Source: Planctomycetota bacterium | GTDB lineage: Bacteria; Planctomycetota; B15-G4 | NCBI GenBank assembly: GCA_965248575.1 | Contig: CBDFJQ010000002.1 | Span: 2,688,001-2,752,000 of the forward strand | Direction: 5' to 3' | DNA length: 64,000 bases | In this document: one piece after another, positions 20,405 through 30,100 of the stretch | Numbering within the stretch: position 1 is the first letter of the stretch | Layout: every line of letters begins with the position of its first letter | Position numbers and translations under genes: made by a program | Notes under the pieces: generated by a model | What the model was told of the DNA's origin: nothing | What the model saw: the letters and a program-made list of their open reading frames with translations, nothing else | The model's database searches: none

Positions 20405-21547
20405 ATGACACTGCCCGGACTCGTCGTCGCCCTGCTCATTCCGATGTTCTCATGGGTCCAAGATGCCGGCGAGCAGGACCCCCTCATCTGGCACGACGCC
20501 CGGACTCTGACCCTCGAGGGCCAGGCCTTCGAGGACACCGCGGCTCCATTCGATCGGCTGCCAGCCCGGGCGGAGTCGACACTGCGCGACGCGGTCTGGG
20601 ATCTCAGCCGGTGCAGCGCCGGCCTCAGCGTGCGCTTCCAAACCGACGCGACGACGATCCACGCGCGCTGGAGCCTGACCAACGACCAGCTGGCCATGCC
20701 GCACATGCCGGCCACAGGCGTCAGCGGCGTGGACCTCTACGTCCGTCAAGGCGCCGACTGGCGTTGGCTGGGCACCGGGCTCCCCACTCAACGAGTCGGA
20801 AACACGGCACTGATCGGGCGGGACCTCGACCCTGCTCCGGACGGGCGGCCGCGCGACTACCTCCTGCACCTCCCGCTCTACAACGGCACGGAGTCGCTTG
20901 AGATCGGCGTGCCGCGCGGATATCGAGTCGTGCCGTTCCCCCGCCCCGACGCGCGCAGCCGCCCCATCGTGTTCTACGGCACGTCCATCACCCAAGGGGC
21001 GTGCGCCTCACGCCCTGGCATGGCGCACACGGCCATCCTCGGTCGACGCCTTGACCGCCCCGTCATCAACATGGGTTTTTCCGGTGTCGGTGAGATGGAG
21101 CTGGACGTCATGGCCTACCTGCTGGAGATCGATGCCGCGGCCTTCGTCATCGATTGCCTGCCCAACATGAACGCCGAGCAGGTCACACAACGCACCCAGC
21201 CGCTAGTGCAGATGCTACGGGCATCGAAACCCGACGTGCCGATCCTGCTCGTGGAGGACCGGAGCTACAGCGACGCCCATTTGCGCCGCGACCCCCGTGA
21301 CCGCAACAGAAAGAGCCGCGCCGCTCTGCGTGCCGCCTACCACGCTTTGCAGGCGGAGGGTGTCAGCGGCTTGCACTACCTCAAGGGCGACGACCTGCTC
21401 GGACACGACGGCGAGGCCACGGTCGACGGGAGTCACCCCAACGACCTGGGGTTCATGCGCCATGCGGACGCCTTCGAGCCGGTCTTGCGTGGGATGTTGG
21501 CGGCGATCGCTGTGCAAATCGACTCAAGCCAGCCGAAAGAGGGCTAG
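20405..21547 (+). CDS. Secreted SGNH/GDSL hydrolase with an N-terminal GxDLY domain
   Basis: GVDLY, FYGTSITQG, NMGFSG, DCLPN, DGSHPNDLG. Confidence 0.9.
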   Translation: MTLPGLVVALLIPMFSWVQDAGEQDPLIWHDARTLTLEGQAFEDTAAPFDRLPARAESTLRDAVWDLSRCSAGLSVRFQTDATTIHARWSLTNDQLAMPHMPATGVSGVDLYVRQGADWRWLGTGLPTQRVGNTALIGRDLDPAPDGRPRDYLLHLPLYNGTESLEIGVPRGYRVVPFPRPDARSRPIVFYGTSITQGACASRPGMAHTAILGRRLDRPVINMGFSGVGEMELDVMAYLLEIDAAAFVIDCLPNMNAEQVTQRTQPLVQMLRASKPDVPILLVEDRSYSDAHLRRDPRDRNRKSRAALRAAYHALQAEGVSGLHYLKGDDLLGHDGEATVDGSHPNDLGFMRHADAFEPVLRGMLAAIAVQIDSSQPKEG

Positions 21548-21563
21548 CCTGGGACTCACGAAC

Positions 21564-21896
21564 TCAGAGCGAGCCATCCACCAACAGAGTCATGCTCGGC
21601 GCGCTGAGCTTGAGACCGTCATCGTCCTGCACCAAGGCCTGAACGAACACAGGGAGCGCGTCGATTCCGGGGCCCAGTTCCGGCACTCCAAAGGGCACGT
21701 TGAGGGTGCCCGTGCTGGCATTCCCCAAGTAGACCGTCGCGGCGAGTGGAAAGCTGAGGTGCAGCACACCCTGCTCCCCCGACAAGACGGTGTTGTCCTG
21801 GCTCAGTGAGGTCATGCCCAACACGAGGTCGCCCGGCGCGCCGGTGTACGTCAAGGTCCCCGTTTCGCCCTCCCGCAAGATGGCCTGCAGCAGCAC
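21564..21896 (-). pseudogene. Orphan C-terminal domain of a secreted protein (remnant)
   Basis: Resembles the C-terminus of 37877-39283 (PGID...Q.LVQD..G..LS); no signal peptide, in-frame stop just upstream, beside att repeat 2. Confidence 0.5.
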
Positions 21897-21906
21897 TCAC
21901 GGTCGT

Positions 21907-23286
21907 TCACCGTCGGTGGAGCACCCCACCCTCACAACCCGCACCCCCACCAGCACATACACTCTGGGCCGTCAGCTTCCCAAGCTGACTGCCGCCGGTT
22001 CGAATCCGGTCACCCGCTCCAGTGCGTTGGCTCGCATCAGGTCGCACGGAGCCGCGCAGGGGCGTCGGAGACGGGGTTTCGCCCTTCGACGTGTCGGCCG
22101 TCGCGGACGGTTGTTCGTCGCACTGAACCGCACGCTTTCGCATTGTTTCGTGCGCTGACTGCTGGGGAATCTGCTGGGGGTCGGATCCGGCGGTTCCGGT
22201 GGCCTGTTCGCACTGCGGGTTGGTCGTGCCGATCTCGGGCAAGGCGTCTATCGCCTTGGCGGAGTCCACGAGGCCGAGCACCGTGTAGTGCTTGAGGGTC
22301 GTCCGGTAGTCGGCGTGGCGCATGATGCGCTGGCCCACCTGTGGGGTGACGCCTTGACGCGCCAGGCGGGTGCCCAGGGTCGTCCTGAGGGAGTGCAGGT
22401 CCACGACGTGGCCCGCGTCGTCCTCCAGGGGGATCTTGGCTCGCTCGAAGTCCTTATGCCGTGTGCGGTCCGTCACCAACTGTGGAAACACGCGAGCCGA
22501 CGGCAGCGCCAGCTCGGGCTGGATCTCGCTCAGGGCTTCCACGAGCTGGGGGTGCAGCGGAAGCACGTCCACCCGGTGGGCCTTTCCCTCGCGAACCGTC
22601 AGCGTGTTGGCGTCGAGGTCCACGTCACCCCAGGTGAGAGACCGCAGCTCGGACTTGCGCAGCCCAGCCAGGGCGGCCGTGAGATACCACGCCTTCCGTC
22701 CCCGGGGTGCCGCCACGTCAATCAATCGGGTCATCTCCTCGTCCGTGAGGGCACGCCGGATGCGCCGTCGATCGCGGCTCTCGTCGAGCTTCTGGACCAC
22801 CGTGAGCGGGTTGGCCTCCGTGCGTTCCGTCTGGACGCACCAATTCAGGAAGGCCACGGCGATCTGGCGCCGGATGTTCACGGTTCGGGCGGACAGGCCT
22901 TCTGCCCGCATCTCGCGGAGGTTTCGCTCCAGCGCATCGGCAGTCAGCTCGGAGAGACGGGTCGCGCCTGTCCCCGCAAGCAGCCGATCAAGGTGACGCC
23001 GTTTCTCGACGACATGCCGGGGAGCGTGCCCCACGTGGCTGCAATGCTCGTGGTAGGCGTCCACATGATCGCGGAGCGGGCTGCGATCGGCCTCGGCGAA
23101 GCGGTCCTGGCGTGCATCCACCACGCCCTCCCGGCGCAGAGCGACATCGGCCTCCAGCTTGGCGGCGATCCGCTCGGCAGCGCGCTTGTCGGTCGTCCGG
23201 GACGACTTCTCGCGACGCTTGCCGGAGTGGTCGTAGTACTGGATCACGTAGGGGCCGGTGCCCTTGCGCTTGAAGATGGTCGCCAT
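21907..23286 (-). CDS. int: Tyrosine recombinase/integrase (reads through the att site)
   Basis: N-terminal arm-binding-like region; GLRKSEL, HSLR, MRH...TTLKHY catalytic residues; GAGDRIRTG is the antisense tRNA fragment. Confidence 0.95.
   Translation of the reverse strand: MATIFKRKGTGPYVIQYYDHSGKRREKSSRTTDKRAAERIAAKLEADVALRREGVVDARQDRFAEADRSPLRDHVDAYHEHCSHVGHAPRHVVEKRRHLDRLLAGTGATRLSELTADALERNLREMRAEGLSARTVNIRRQIAVAFLNWCVQTERTEANPLTVVQKLDESRDRRRIRRALTDEEMTRLIDVAAPRGRKAWYLTAALAGLRKSELRSLTWGDVDLDANTLTVREGKAHRVDVLPLHPQLVEALSEIQPELALPSARVFPQLVTDRTRHKDFERAKIPLEDDAGHVVDLHSLRTTLGTRLARQGVTPQVGQRIMRHADYRTTLKHYTVLGLVDSAKAIDALPEIGTTNPQCEQATGTAGSDPQQIPQQSAHETMRKRAVQCDEQPSATADTSKGETPSPTPLRGSVRPDASQRTGAGDRIRTGGSQLGKLTAQSVCAGGGAGCEGGVLHRR
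21971..22026 (+). repeat. att repeat 2 (left junction): anticodon arm to CCA of tRNA-Gly(CCC)
   Basis: GTCAGC-TTCCCAA-GCTGAC arm, T-arm and CCA; 21973-22026 matches 34212-34265 at 51 of 54 positions; no 5' half. Confidence 0.92.
22159..22179. repeat. Putative integrase arm-type sites, CTGCTGGGG x2
   Basis: Copies at 22159 and 22171 (12-bp period); the same pair occurs at 34135 and 34147. Confidence 0.7.
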
Positions 23287-23288
23287 GG

Positions 23289-23510
23289 CTACCTCCCCTT
23301 TCGTTGCTTGGGTGGACCCGACTCGATGCGCAGGTCCAGCAGGTCGGCCAGACGATCGAGCCGCTCCAACGTCATCCCCATCTTCCCAGCCATGAAGCGG
23401 GACATCGAAGCCTGGTCGATGTCGGTCTCCATGCAGATCCGGTAGCGGGTCAGCTCGGAAGCGTTGATCGCGTCCCGGAGCTGGGCGGAGAGCTTCTTCT
23501 TTCGTGGCAT
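23289..23510 (-). CDS. XRE/Cro-type HTH regulator
   Basis: LTRYRICMETDIDQASMSRFMAG..MTLERLDRLADLL; immediately upstream of int. Confidence 0.8.
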   Translation of the reverse strand: MPRKKKLSAQLRDAINASELTRYRICMETDIDQASMSRFMAGKMGMTLERLDRLADLLDLRIESGPPKQRKGR

Positions 23511-23541
23511 TTCTGCATGGTGGACCATACTTACCGTGTCG

Positions 23542-23784
23542 TCAAGCACGCGATTGGCCTTGCCGGGTGTGTGACACGATCCAGGCCTGGAGGTCGGCGG
23601 GTGCGTAGCGGACGGCTCGACCGATGCGGACGTGGGGAATCTGGCCGGAGTTCGTGAGCGACCACAACTTTCGAGTCCCGATAGCCAAGAGGTTGGCCGC
23701 GTCGGAGGCTGTCAGCAGGGGTGGCATGGCACCTGCGTCGGTGTTTGGCTGGTCAGGATTCAAGATCGCCCCCCGACCCGACAC
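23542..23784 (-). CDS. Excisionase-like HTH protein
   Basis: LLTASDAANLLAIG...GQIPHVRIGRAVRY...DLQAWI; start could be 23727. Confidence 0.85.
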   Translation of the reverse strand: MSGRGAILNPDQPNTDAGAMPPLLTASDAANLLAIGTRKLWSLTNSGQIPHVRIGRAVRYAPADLQAWIVSHTRQGQSRA

Positions 23785-23789
23785 TGCAA

Positions 23790-23875
23790 CCTTGCGGAGC
23801 TTGCGGACGTTGACCGATAGAGAGCCTTAGGCTGCACGAAGCACTGGGCCGCAAGCTCCGCAAGGACCGCAAGCT
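23790..23875. repeat. Inverted array of 9-bp-period heptamers (candidate replication origin)
   Basis: CTTGCGG at 23791 and 23800; CCGCAAG at 23849, 23858 and 23867; 23790-23806 and 23849-23865 form a perfect 17-bp inverted repeat. Confidence 0.7.
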
Positions 23876-23879
23876 CACA

Positions 23880-25697
23880 TCACTTTGCAGTGTCATCAGG
23901 CAGCCTCCATTCGTATGGACTCGTCGGGCCGCCTGTTCTCTGAGACAGGACACCGAGACGAGCCTTCGCCGCCTCCACTGTCCGCCAGCTCACCTCTCGA
24001 TCCCCGGCTTCAGTCTTCAGAGCCGGAACGAGGACAGGTCCCTCACCAAGTTGCTCCAGCAGCATCTCCTCCGCTTGGCGGCCCTTGCTGGCCTCGCCTG
24101 GGTTGGGAACGTCTGCAAGTTCATCTGCTTGGATCGTGCTCCTCCCAACCCACTTCACCTTCACCGACTCGGTATCCACATCGGGCACACGCTCGAGTGA
24201 CCACGACAGACCGAGCTTGGCAAGGTTGGCCTTCGCGTGCGCAAGGACGAGCCGATCCCCGTCAGATGGATCACGCCCCAGGATCAGCGCCGATCGGATG
24301 ATGTTCCCGACTGCGGCGGCTCCCTCAAGGCGGTGGAGAGCGCGCCCAGCGGCCGCCTTCGTGACGTGGGCCACGATCAGAACTGCGACACCGAGTTCCT
24401 GGGCCATCGCCGCAAGCGGTGTCAGCCGTTGCCGAACGAGGTCGGTTCGCTTCACGAGGTCACATCCCATGAAGGCCGACAGCGGATCCGCGATCAGCAT
24501 TCGGGCCCCTGAATCCACGAGCAGCTCGCGGAGCTTGTCAGGATGCTCAAAAGTGACGATGGAATGCTCGTCTCGCAGAACGTGGACACGGCTGAGGTCA
24601 GCACCGGCCACCATGAACCGCGGATGAACGGTGTCCGCCAGCCCGTCCTCGGCAGTGAGGAACACGACATCACCGACGTTGGCCGGGTCGCCGCAGGGCA
24701 TCCCCTTACCAGACGTGAGCCGCGCCGCCAAGTCGATCGCGACGGTCGTCTTCCCAAGCCCGCCTTCACCGGCGATGACGGTGATCTTGCCCACCGGGAT
24801 GTAGGGCTCCCAAAGCCACGTGACTGGAAGCGGTTGCACCTGGTCCAGACTGATGAGGAGCGGGAGCCGTCCGTTCTTCGAGACCGCCGAGGTCTCGGGA
24901 GCAGGGAGTGCCTCTTGGACCAGCGCGTCAAGCTTTTCGACCGTGCCATCATGGTCGAAGAAGTCTGCGGCATCATCGCCCTTCTGCGCCTTTGGCCAGC
25001 AGAGCAACCGGGGGTTGCAGTCCAGTGCTCGAAGAGCCGCAGCGATCCGGGCCATGTGGTTGCTTCCCACCTCATCCGCGTCGGCCCAGAGCACCACGTC
25101 GAGGCCCACGATCTTCCGCAGCACTTCTGTACTCGGAGTGCCGCTCGCGCCCGTGACGGTTCCAACTGCAACCCGACCAGCCTTCCGCAGCGCATCACAC
25201 GCCTTCTCGCCTTCGACGACGAGGACCGACGACCCAGGCAGCGCATCGGCGAGGTGCTCCGAGCCATAGAGTGGTAGCGAGGCGGTGGACTTGCCTCCCA
25301 GGCCAGGGGATCCGTCGGCTCGTTCCCACCGGATGGTCTTGGAGCCGTCGTCGTAGTCCACGCGGAGGTGAACAGCATGGACTTGCCCGCTTGCGTCGCG
25401 GATCGAGTAGCGCGTCTCGCCCGTAGCCTGTCGTCGGCGTGGCTCCAGGGGAACCATGTCGTTGTTGGGAAAGAGGTCAGCCATCTCGAGGCCGAGAGCG
25501 GCGACGACATCCTCGGTGGGACAGCCCGCGTGGCACGTCACCAACACGCGATCATTGTGGCCGAGTCCAACGCTCAGACTGGGGTCCTGGTCATCGTGTG
25601 CAGGGCATTGGGCACTCCACTGGCGGTCACCCGCTGCTCGCGGCCCACAGGAGAGTCGTTCCAGCGCCTCAATGCAGATATCTAATGGCGTGGTCAT
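23880..25697 (-). CDS. Primase-helicase (Zn finger, Toprim, AAA_25/RepA-like ATPase)
   Basis: CPAHDD..PSL...CHAGC; VVEGEK..D; WADADEVG; GEGGLGKT; LIADP; IVAH. Confidence 0.9.
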   Translation of the reverse strand: MTTPLDICIEALERLSCGPRAAGDRQWSAQCPAHDDQDPSLSVGLGHNDRVLVTCHAGCPTEDVVAALGLEMADLFPNNDMVPLEPRRRQATGETRYSIRDASGQVHAVHLRVDYDDGSKTIRWERADGSPGLGGKSTASLPLYGSEHLADALPGSSVLVVEGEKACDALRKAGRVAVGTVTGASGTPSTEVLRKIVGLDVVLWADADEVGSNHMARIAAALRALDCNPRLLCWPKAQKGDDAADFFDHDGTVEKLDALVQEALPAPETSAVSKNGRLPLLISLDQVQPLPVTWLWEPYIPVGKITVIAGEGGLGKTTVAIDLAARLTSGKGMPCGDPANVGDVVFLTAEDGLADTVHPRFMVAGADLSRVHVLRDEHSIVTFEHPDKLRELLVDSGARMLIADPLSAFMGCDLVKRTDLVRQRLTPLAAMAQELGVAVLIVAHVTKAAAGRALHRLEGAAAVGNIIRSALILGRDPSDGDRLVLAHAKANLAKLGLSWSLERVPDVDTESVKVKWVGRSTIQADELADVPNPGEASKGRQAEEMLLEQLGEGPVLVPALKTEAGDREVSWRTVEAAKARLGVLSQRTGGPTSPYEWRLPDDTAK

Positions 25698-26020
25698 CGT
25701 TCTCGACCCGACTGAATGCCGAGGAGTGCGACGACGGTTGGCCCTCCAGGCACTCGGAGACGGGACCCCCAACCCTCAGTAGTCGATGGGATCTCGATGA
25801 AAGATTCTCAGGAACAGCCCGAGTCGGGAAGACTGTGATCAATGAGCCTGCAACACGAGAGACAGCGCTGCCGTGCAGGGTCTGCGGTATACTTCATTAT
25901 GGTTTCTTTGAACGCGTTTCGGGGTTCCGCCCCCGGGGCGCGTTTTCTTTTTTCCCCGGGGACCTCCGCCAGCAGCGAAGATCAAACAAGCTCCGAGGAA
26001 CGCTCGGAGCACGGGGAGTG

Positions 26021-26278
26021 TCAGGATCGCAAGTCCAGCGAGCCGGACCCGGGAGAAGACCGGGATCGTGTGCGCGCTTCCGTTACGTCGCGCTGAAACC
26101 GCTCGACAGCCCCGGCAGACGTGTAGCAACGGCCGCCGATGTACTGCACCTCAAGGAGGTGACCAGCAACTCCTCGCCTAGCCCACCGCTGGACCGTGGC
26201 GCAATGCACGCTGATGAGGCCCGGAAGGACACTCGGTACTTCTCGAAGCGGGATGAGCCGTTCACTATCAGGGATCAT
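26021..26278 (-). CDS. DUF1580-like HTH protein
   Basis: LIPLREVP...TVQRWARRGV.G..LE...IGGR.YTS..AVERF. Confidence 0.75.
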   Translation of the reverse strand: MIPDSERLIPLREVPSVLPGLISVHCATVQRWARRGVAGHLLEVQYIGGRCYTSAGAVERFQRDVTEARTRSRSSPGSGSLDLRS

Positions 26279-27125
26279 GTGATCGCTCGCAAACTGCGGA
26301 GTGCAGGTCTAATCAGCCCGCTGTTCTTCAATAGCAATACGTTGCGATCACCTTGCGACGCCGTTTCGGACATCGCGTCCTTCGGTTGGCTAGTATGCAC
26401 TCGATGCGACAGAGTGCCCCGAACTTCCTCGACTAAATCTCGGTGCCGAAATGTGCGAATCCTGCACGCCCTGGCGCTCATTGCTCATTGCTCATTGGTG
26501 CTTGGTGCTTGCTCGGGGACACCCGGACACTGCGCTACAATCGGACAACCGGTCTTACCCAGGGATTCCGAACAAACAATTGATCTGATCGGGGAAGGCC
26601 GCCCTACCAGTCCGGACGAGCAAGACCCCCGAAGGCTGCTCGATGGAAGCCGCGGCAAGTCGAGCTAAAATCGCATTACCGATTCTTCTCCGAGGACAGC
26701 GCGGCCGAACGACACGCTGAACGCGCAGCGACATCCTGGCTGCGCCTTCTCATCGAGGGCGACGTGGGGCACGGGACCGAAGTCGCCCCCGATAGCCGGC
26801 CGAGCACGAGGTCACTGTGACTGGCTGCCGCTACAGTCCGATAACACTGGTTATGCGCCTCGCGCCCGATTCGGGCCATTCGACGAGGCCCGCAGCGGCT
26901 GATTGAATCTCTCCGGATCCCTGGAGTGGCGATCCCCATCCACACACGATTCCCAGATCGCAAGCATTGATTGAACACCTCGAGGGTCGGCCACTTATCG
27001 GAATCCAGCCGCGGGGCTCCGGCATTGCTGTCGCATTGCCGACACGGGGCCCCGCGACTGGCTGATTCAGTTTCCAAGCGTCCATAGCAATAGAGACTGA
27101 CGGGGTCGCGGAGAGACTTCCGGAT

Positions 27126-30100
27126 TCATACGGGCTTCGCAAGGTCAAGCGGCGGCAGGGAGTTGACGACGTCGAGGGTCTGCATCGAGACGGTCACCAC
27201 CCGCCGTAGCAGGTCAAAGATGTACGTCGGGTCGTCGTGGTCGGTCGCCCAGTTGTTCGGGTCGTTGACGATTCCTGAGTCCTTGTGGGTCTTGACCTGG
27301 TACTGGTTGAGGATCCAGTCGATCGCTGAGCGGGAGCCCAGCCTGTACTCGTGGGCGCGCAAAGGGATCTCGGCGACAGTGATCTGGCTGTTGTAGATGA
27401 TGGTGGACTTGTCATCGGTCTTCTTGCTGGTCGCCGAGTCGCTGATCTTCGGGTAGCGCATCTTCTCCACGCGATAGGCGTCCGGAGCCTTCGGGTCGAA
27501 GCTCTCGGCGGTGCGGATCTCGAGGTCAGGCCAAGGCTCGACGTCCTCGTAGCCGACGTGGAGCCCCGCGAGCACCCTCCCCGCCTTCGAGAAGGCCCAG
27601 AATTCTCGTTGCGTCTCCACTTGGGGGATTCGAGGCAGCGACTTCTTCAAGTCAGCCACGAAAGCCTCTCGATAGTCAGGTGAGTGCAGGATGCCGTAGA
27701 TGTGGAAGAAAATGTCCTCACCAGTAATGGCAGCGTCGAGTGAGCCATATGCCTCAAGCGCCGCGGCAGAGATACTGGATCGCCAGCCATCCGACTTGCC
27801 TCCCATCGCCAGCATCGCTTGCCCATCCTCATCTTCGCTTGGCTCGTAGTTGGCGATCGGGAAGACTTGAATCGCATTACCCGCGCCGGTTAACACTGTG
27901 TCCGGTACGCGATCGGTCATGAAGCAGGTGAACGGATTCGACCCGGCCATGCCCGCCACTGCGATCGTCAAGGTGCGGGAGTTAACTGCAGGGTAGATCT
28001 TCGGGAGTTGGCCAGCCGCGTCGTTCAGCTTGGGCGACATGTTTGCATACTGGCGTTGGAATGGGCGATAGACGGAATCCCGAATTGAGTCCATACTAAC
28101 CGTAATCTTCTGGCCTCTTGCTAGTCGCTGGAAGTCTGACCGAATCCAGCTGAACTGTTTCGGATCGAGGTTTGCAAATCGCCTCACGGCGCCCGCATTC
28201 GCGTTGCTCGAGTCGTCAGGTGCCATTGCTGCGAAGCGATCGACCTCGGTGTTGAAGAACGCGACCATTTGCTCCGTGTTCGCCTCGAGTATCGAGCGCG
28301 AGTAGTTGTAGTTCCAAGCGTCGCGGTTTGTTTTTAGTCCCCCCGTGCGCAGGTTGAAGATCGACCGTGGATCCTCCGAGTCGTGCATCGGCGCGTACTC
28401 GTAGAAGCGTTCCGAGCGCTGGTGGAGCCAATCGCCGTGGGAATTTGGGTGGATTCGCTGCCACTGGACCGCATCGAGCGGGCTCGGCTCCCAGGTGGCT
28501 GTAGCTAGCGCCGTGAGCTTCTCCTCCCTGGTAAGGTAATCGCCAATGTCGCGGTAGTGGATCACCGCGCCGTCATCGGGAACCGTGCCAGGCTCCTTCA
28601 CAGCAATCAGGATCGCAACCGTGGCTCGGCTGCCCGAACCGAAGACCTTCCCGCCTTCCTTGCGTGACTGTTCACCTGCCGTCCGTTGATTTCCCCGCAA
28701 GTTGAAGATGTAGAGCTGGTGGAACTCCGACGCCAGCGTGAGCCGGAGGCCGTCGGCCGTGTTGCCGTCGAGGTAGCCTCCGTTCGACACGAAGGCCACC
28801 ACACCGCCGTCGGTATGCGCTAAGACGCGGTCCGACGCCCAGCGAAAAGCGCGCACGTAGCTATCGTACAGACTGTTCTTAAGAGTGGCCGTCGACCGCG
28901 TAGCATAGGTCGCACCGATCCGGGCATCGAGCTTCGGGTACTCGACGTTGGCAACGTTGTCGTTCGCCGATGCCTGCCCGACAGAGTAGGGCGGGTTTCC
29001 CACGATCACGCGAATCTCAAGTTGCTGCTGCTTCGCCGCCCTTCGGTTGTTAACCGGAAAGACTTCGAACTTGCTCTGCCCCGGCCCTTCCTCCGTGAGA
29101 TGGAACGTGTCGGTGTAGACGATGCCGGGAAACGCCTGATGCGGTCCCTCGCCACTTCCCGCCGTGAGCTGGTGGTAGGTGGACTCGATGTTGATCGCCG
29201 CGATGTAGTAGGCGAGGAGCAATATCTCGTTGGCGTGGATCTCCGAGGCGTACTTGCGGGCCAGATCGTGGCGCTGGATCAGATCAGACTGGAGCAGCCG
29301 CACGATGAACGTGCCCGTCCCAGTGAAAGGGTCGAGGACGTGGACACCATCGTCCGAGAGACCCACGCCAAGATGGCGCTGGAGTGCGTCGTCCGTGGCC
29401 CGCAGGATGAAGTCCACGATCTCGACAGGCGTGTAGACGATCCCAAGTGCGTCAGCCGTCTTCGGCAGTGCCTTCGAGAAGAAACGCTCGTACAGCTCGG
29501 TGATGATCCGTTGCTTGCCCGCCGCATTGTCGATCCCTTCAGCGCGCAGCTTCACGTCGGCATAGAAGCGGTCGAGAGTCTCGGTCTCCTTGTCCAAGGC
29601 GTGCCGATCCAAGCGATCAAGCATCTTTTGCATTGAGCAAGAGACAGGGTTCGAGCCGACGAAGTCGTAGCCCTCGAAGAGGGCTTCAAACACGGGCCGC
29701 GTGATCAAGTGCTGAGAAAGCATCCCTATCGCATCGCCGCGGCTGATGGAATCGTTGAGGTTTGACCTCAGGCCAGTAACGAACTCGTCGAACACCTCGC
29801 ATAGTTCCTGATCCTCGTCGTCAAGCAAGGCCCGAAGGCGCGTCTCGTGCCTCGCGGAAATCTCTGCGATGTCGTGCGCCCAGTCCTCCCAGTAATGCCG
29901 TGTGCCAACCTTCTTGACGAGCTGCGCGTAGATCGCACGCCGCAATTCGTCAACGGGAAACTGGAGCGAGAGCTGCCTTGAGCTGTCCTCCGACCGTTCG
30001 GCTACGCGGTCGTCCTCGGGTGGATCCATGCCGACGATCTGGACGTCAATCATCTCAGGCGTCTCGTCGTTCAGATCGAGCTTGTTGACCACCGCATTGA

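Noticed and set aside
25921..25961. CCCCGGGG palindromes flanking a T-run as a terminator or regulatory RNA
   Set aside because: Orientation and geometry do not fit a terminator for the minus-strand operon; too little evidence.
25439..27120. ORFs 25439-26668, 26676-27077 and 26831-27148 inside the element
   Set aside because: No recognisable motifs and they overlap better-supported genes or each other; small real genes cannot be excluded.
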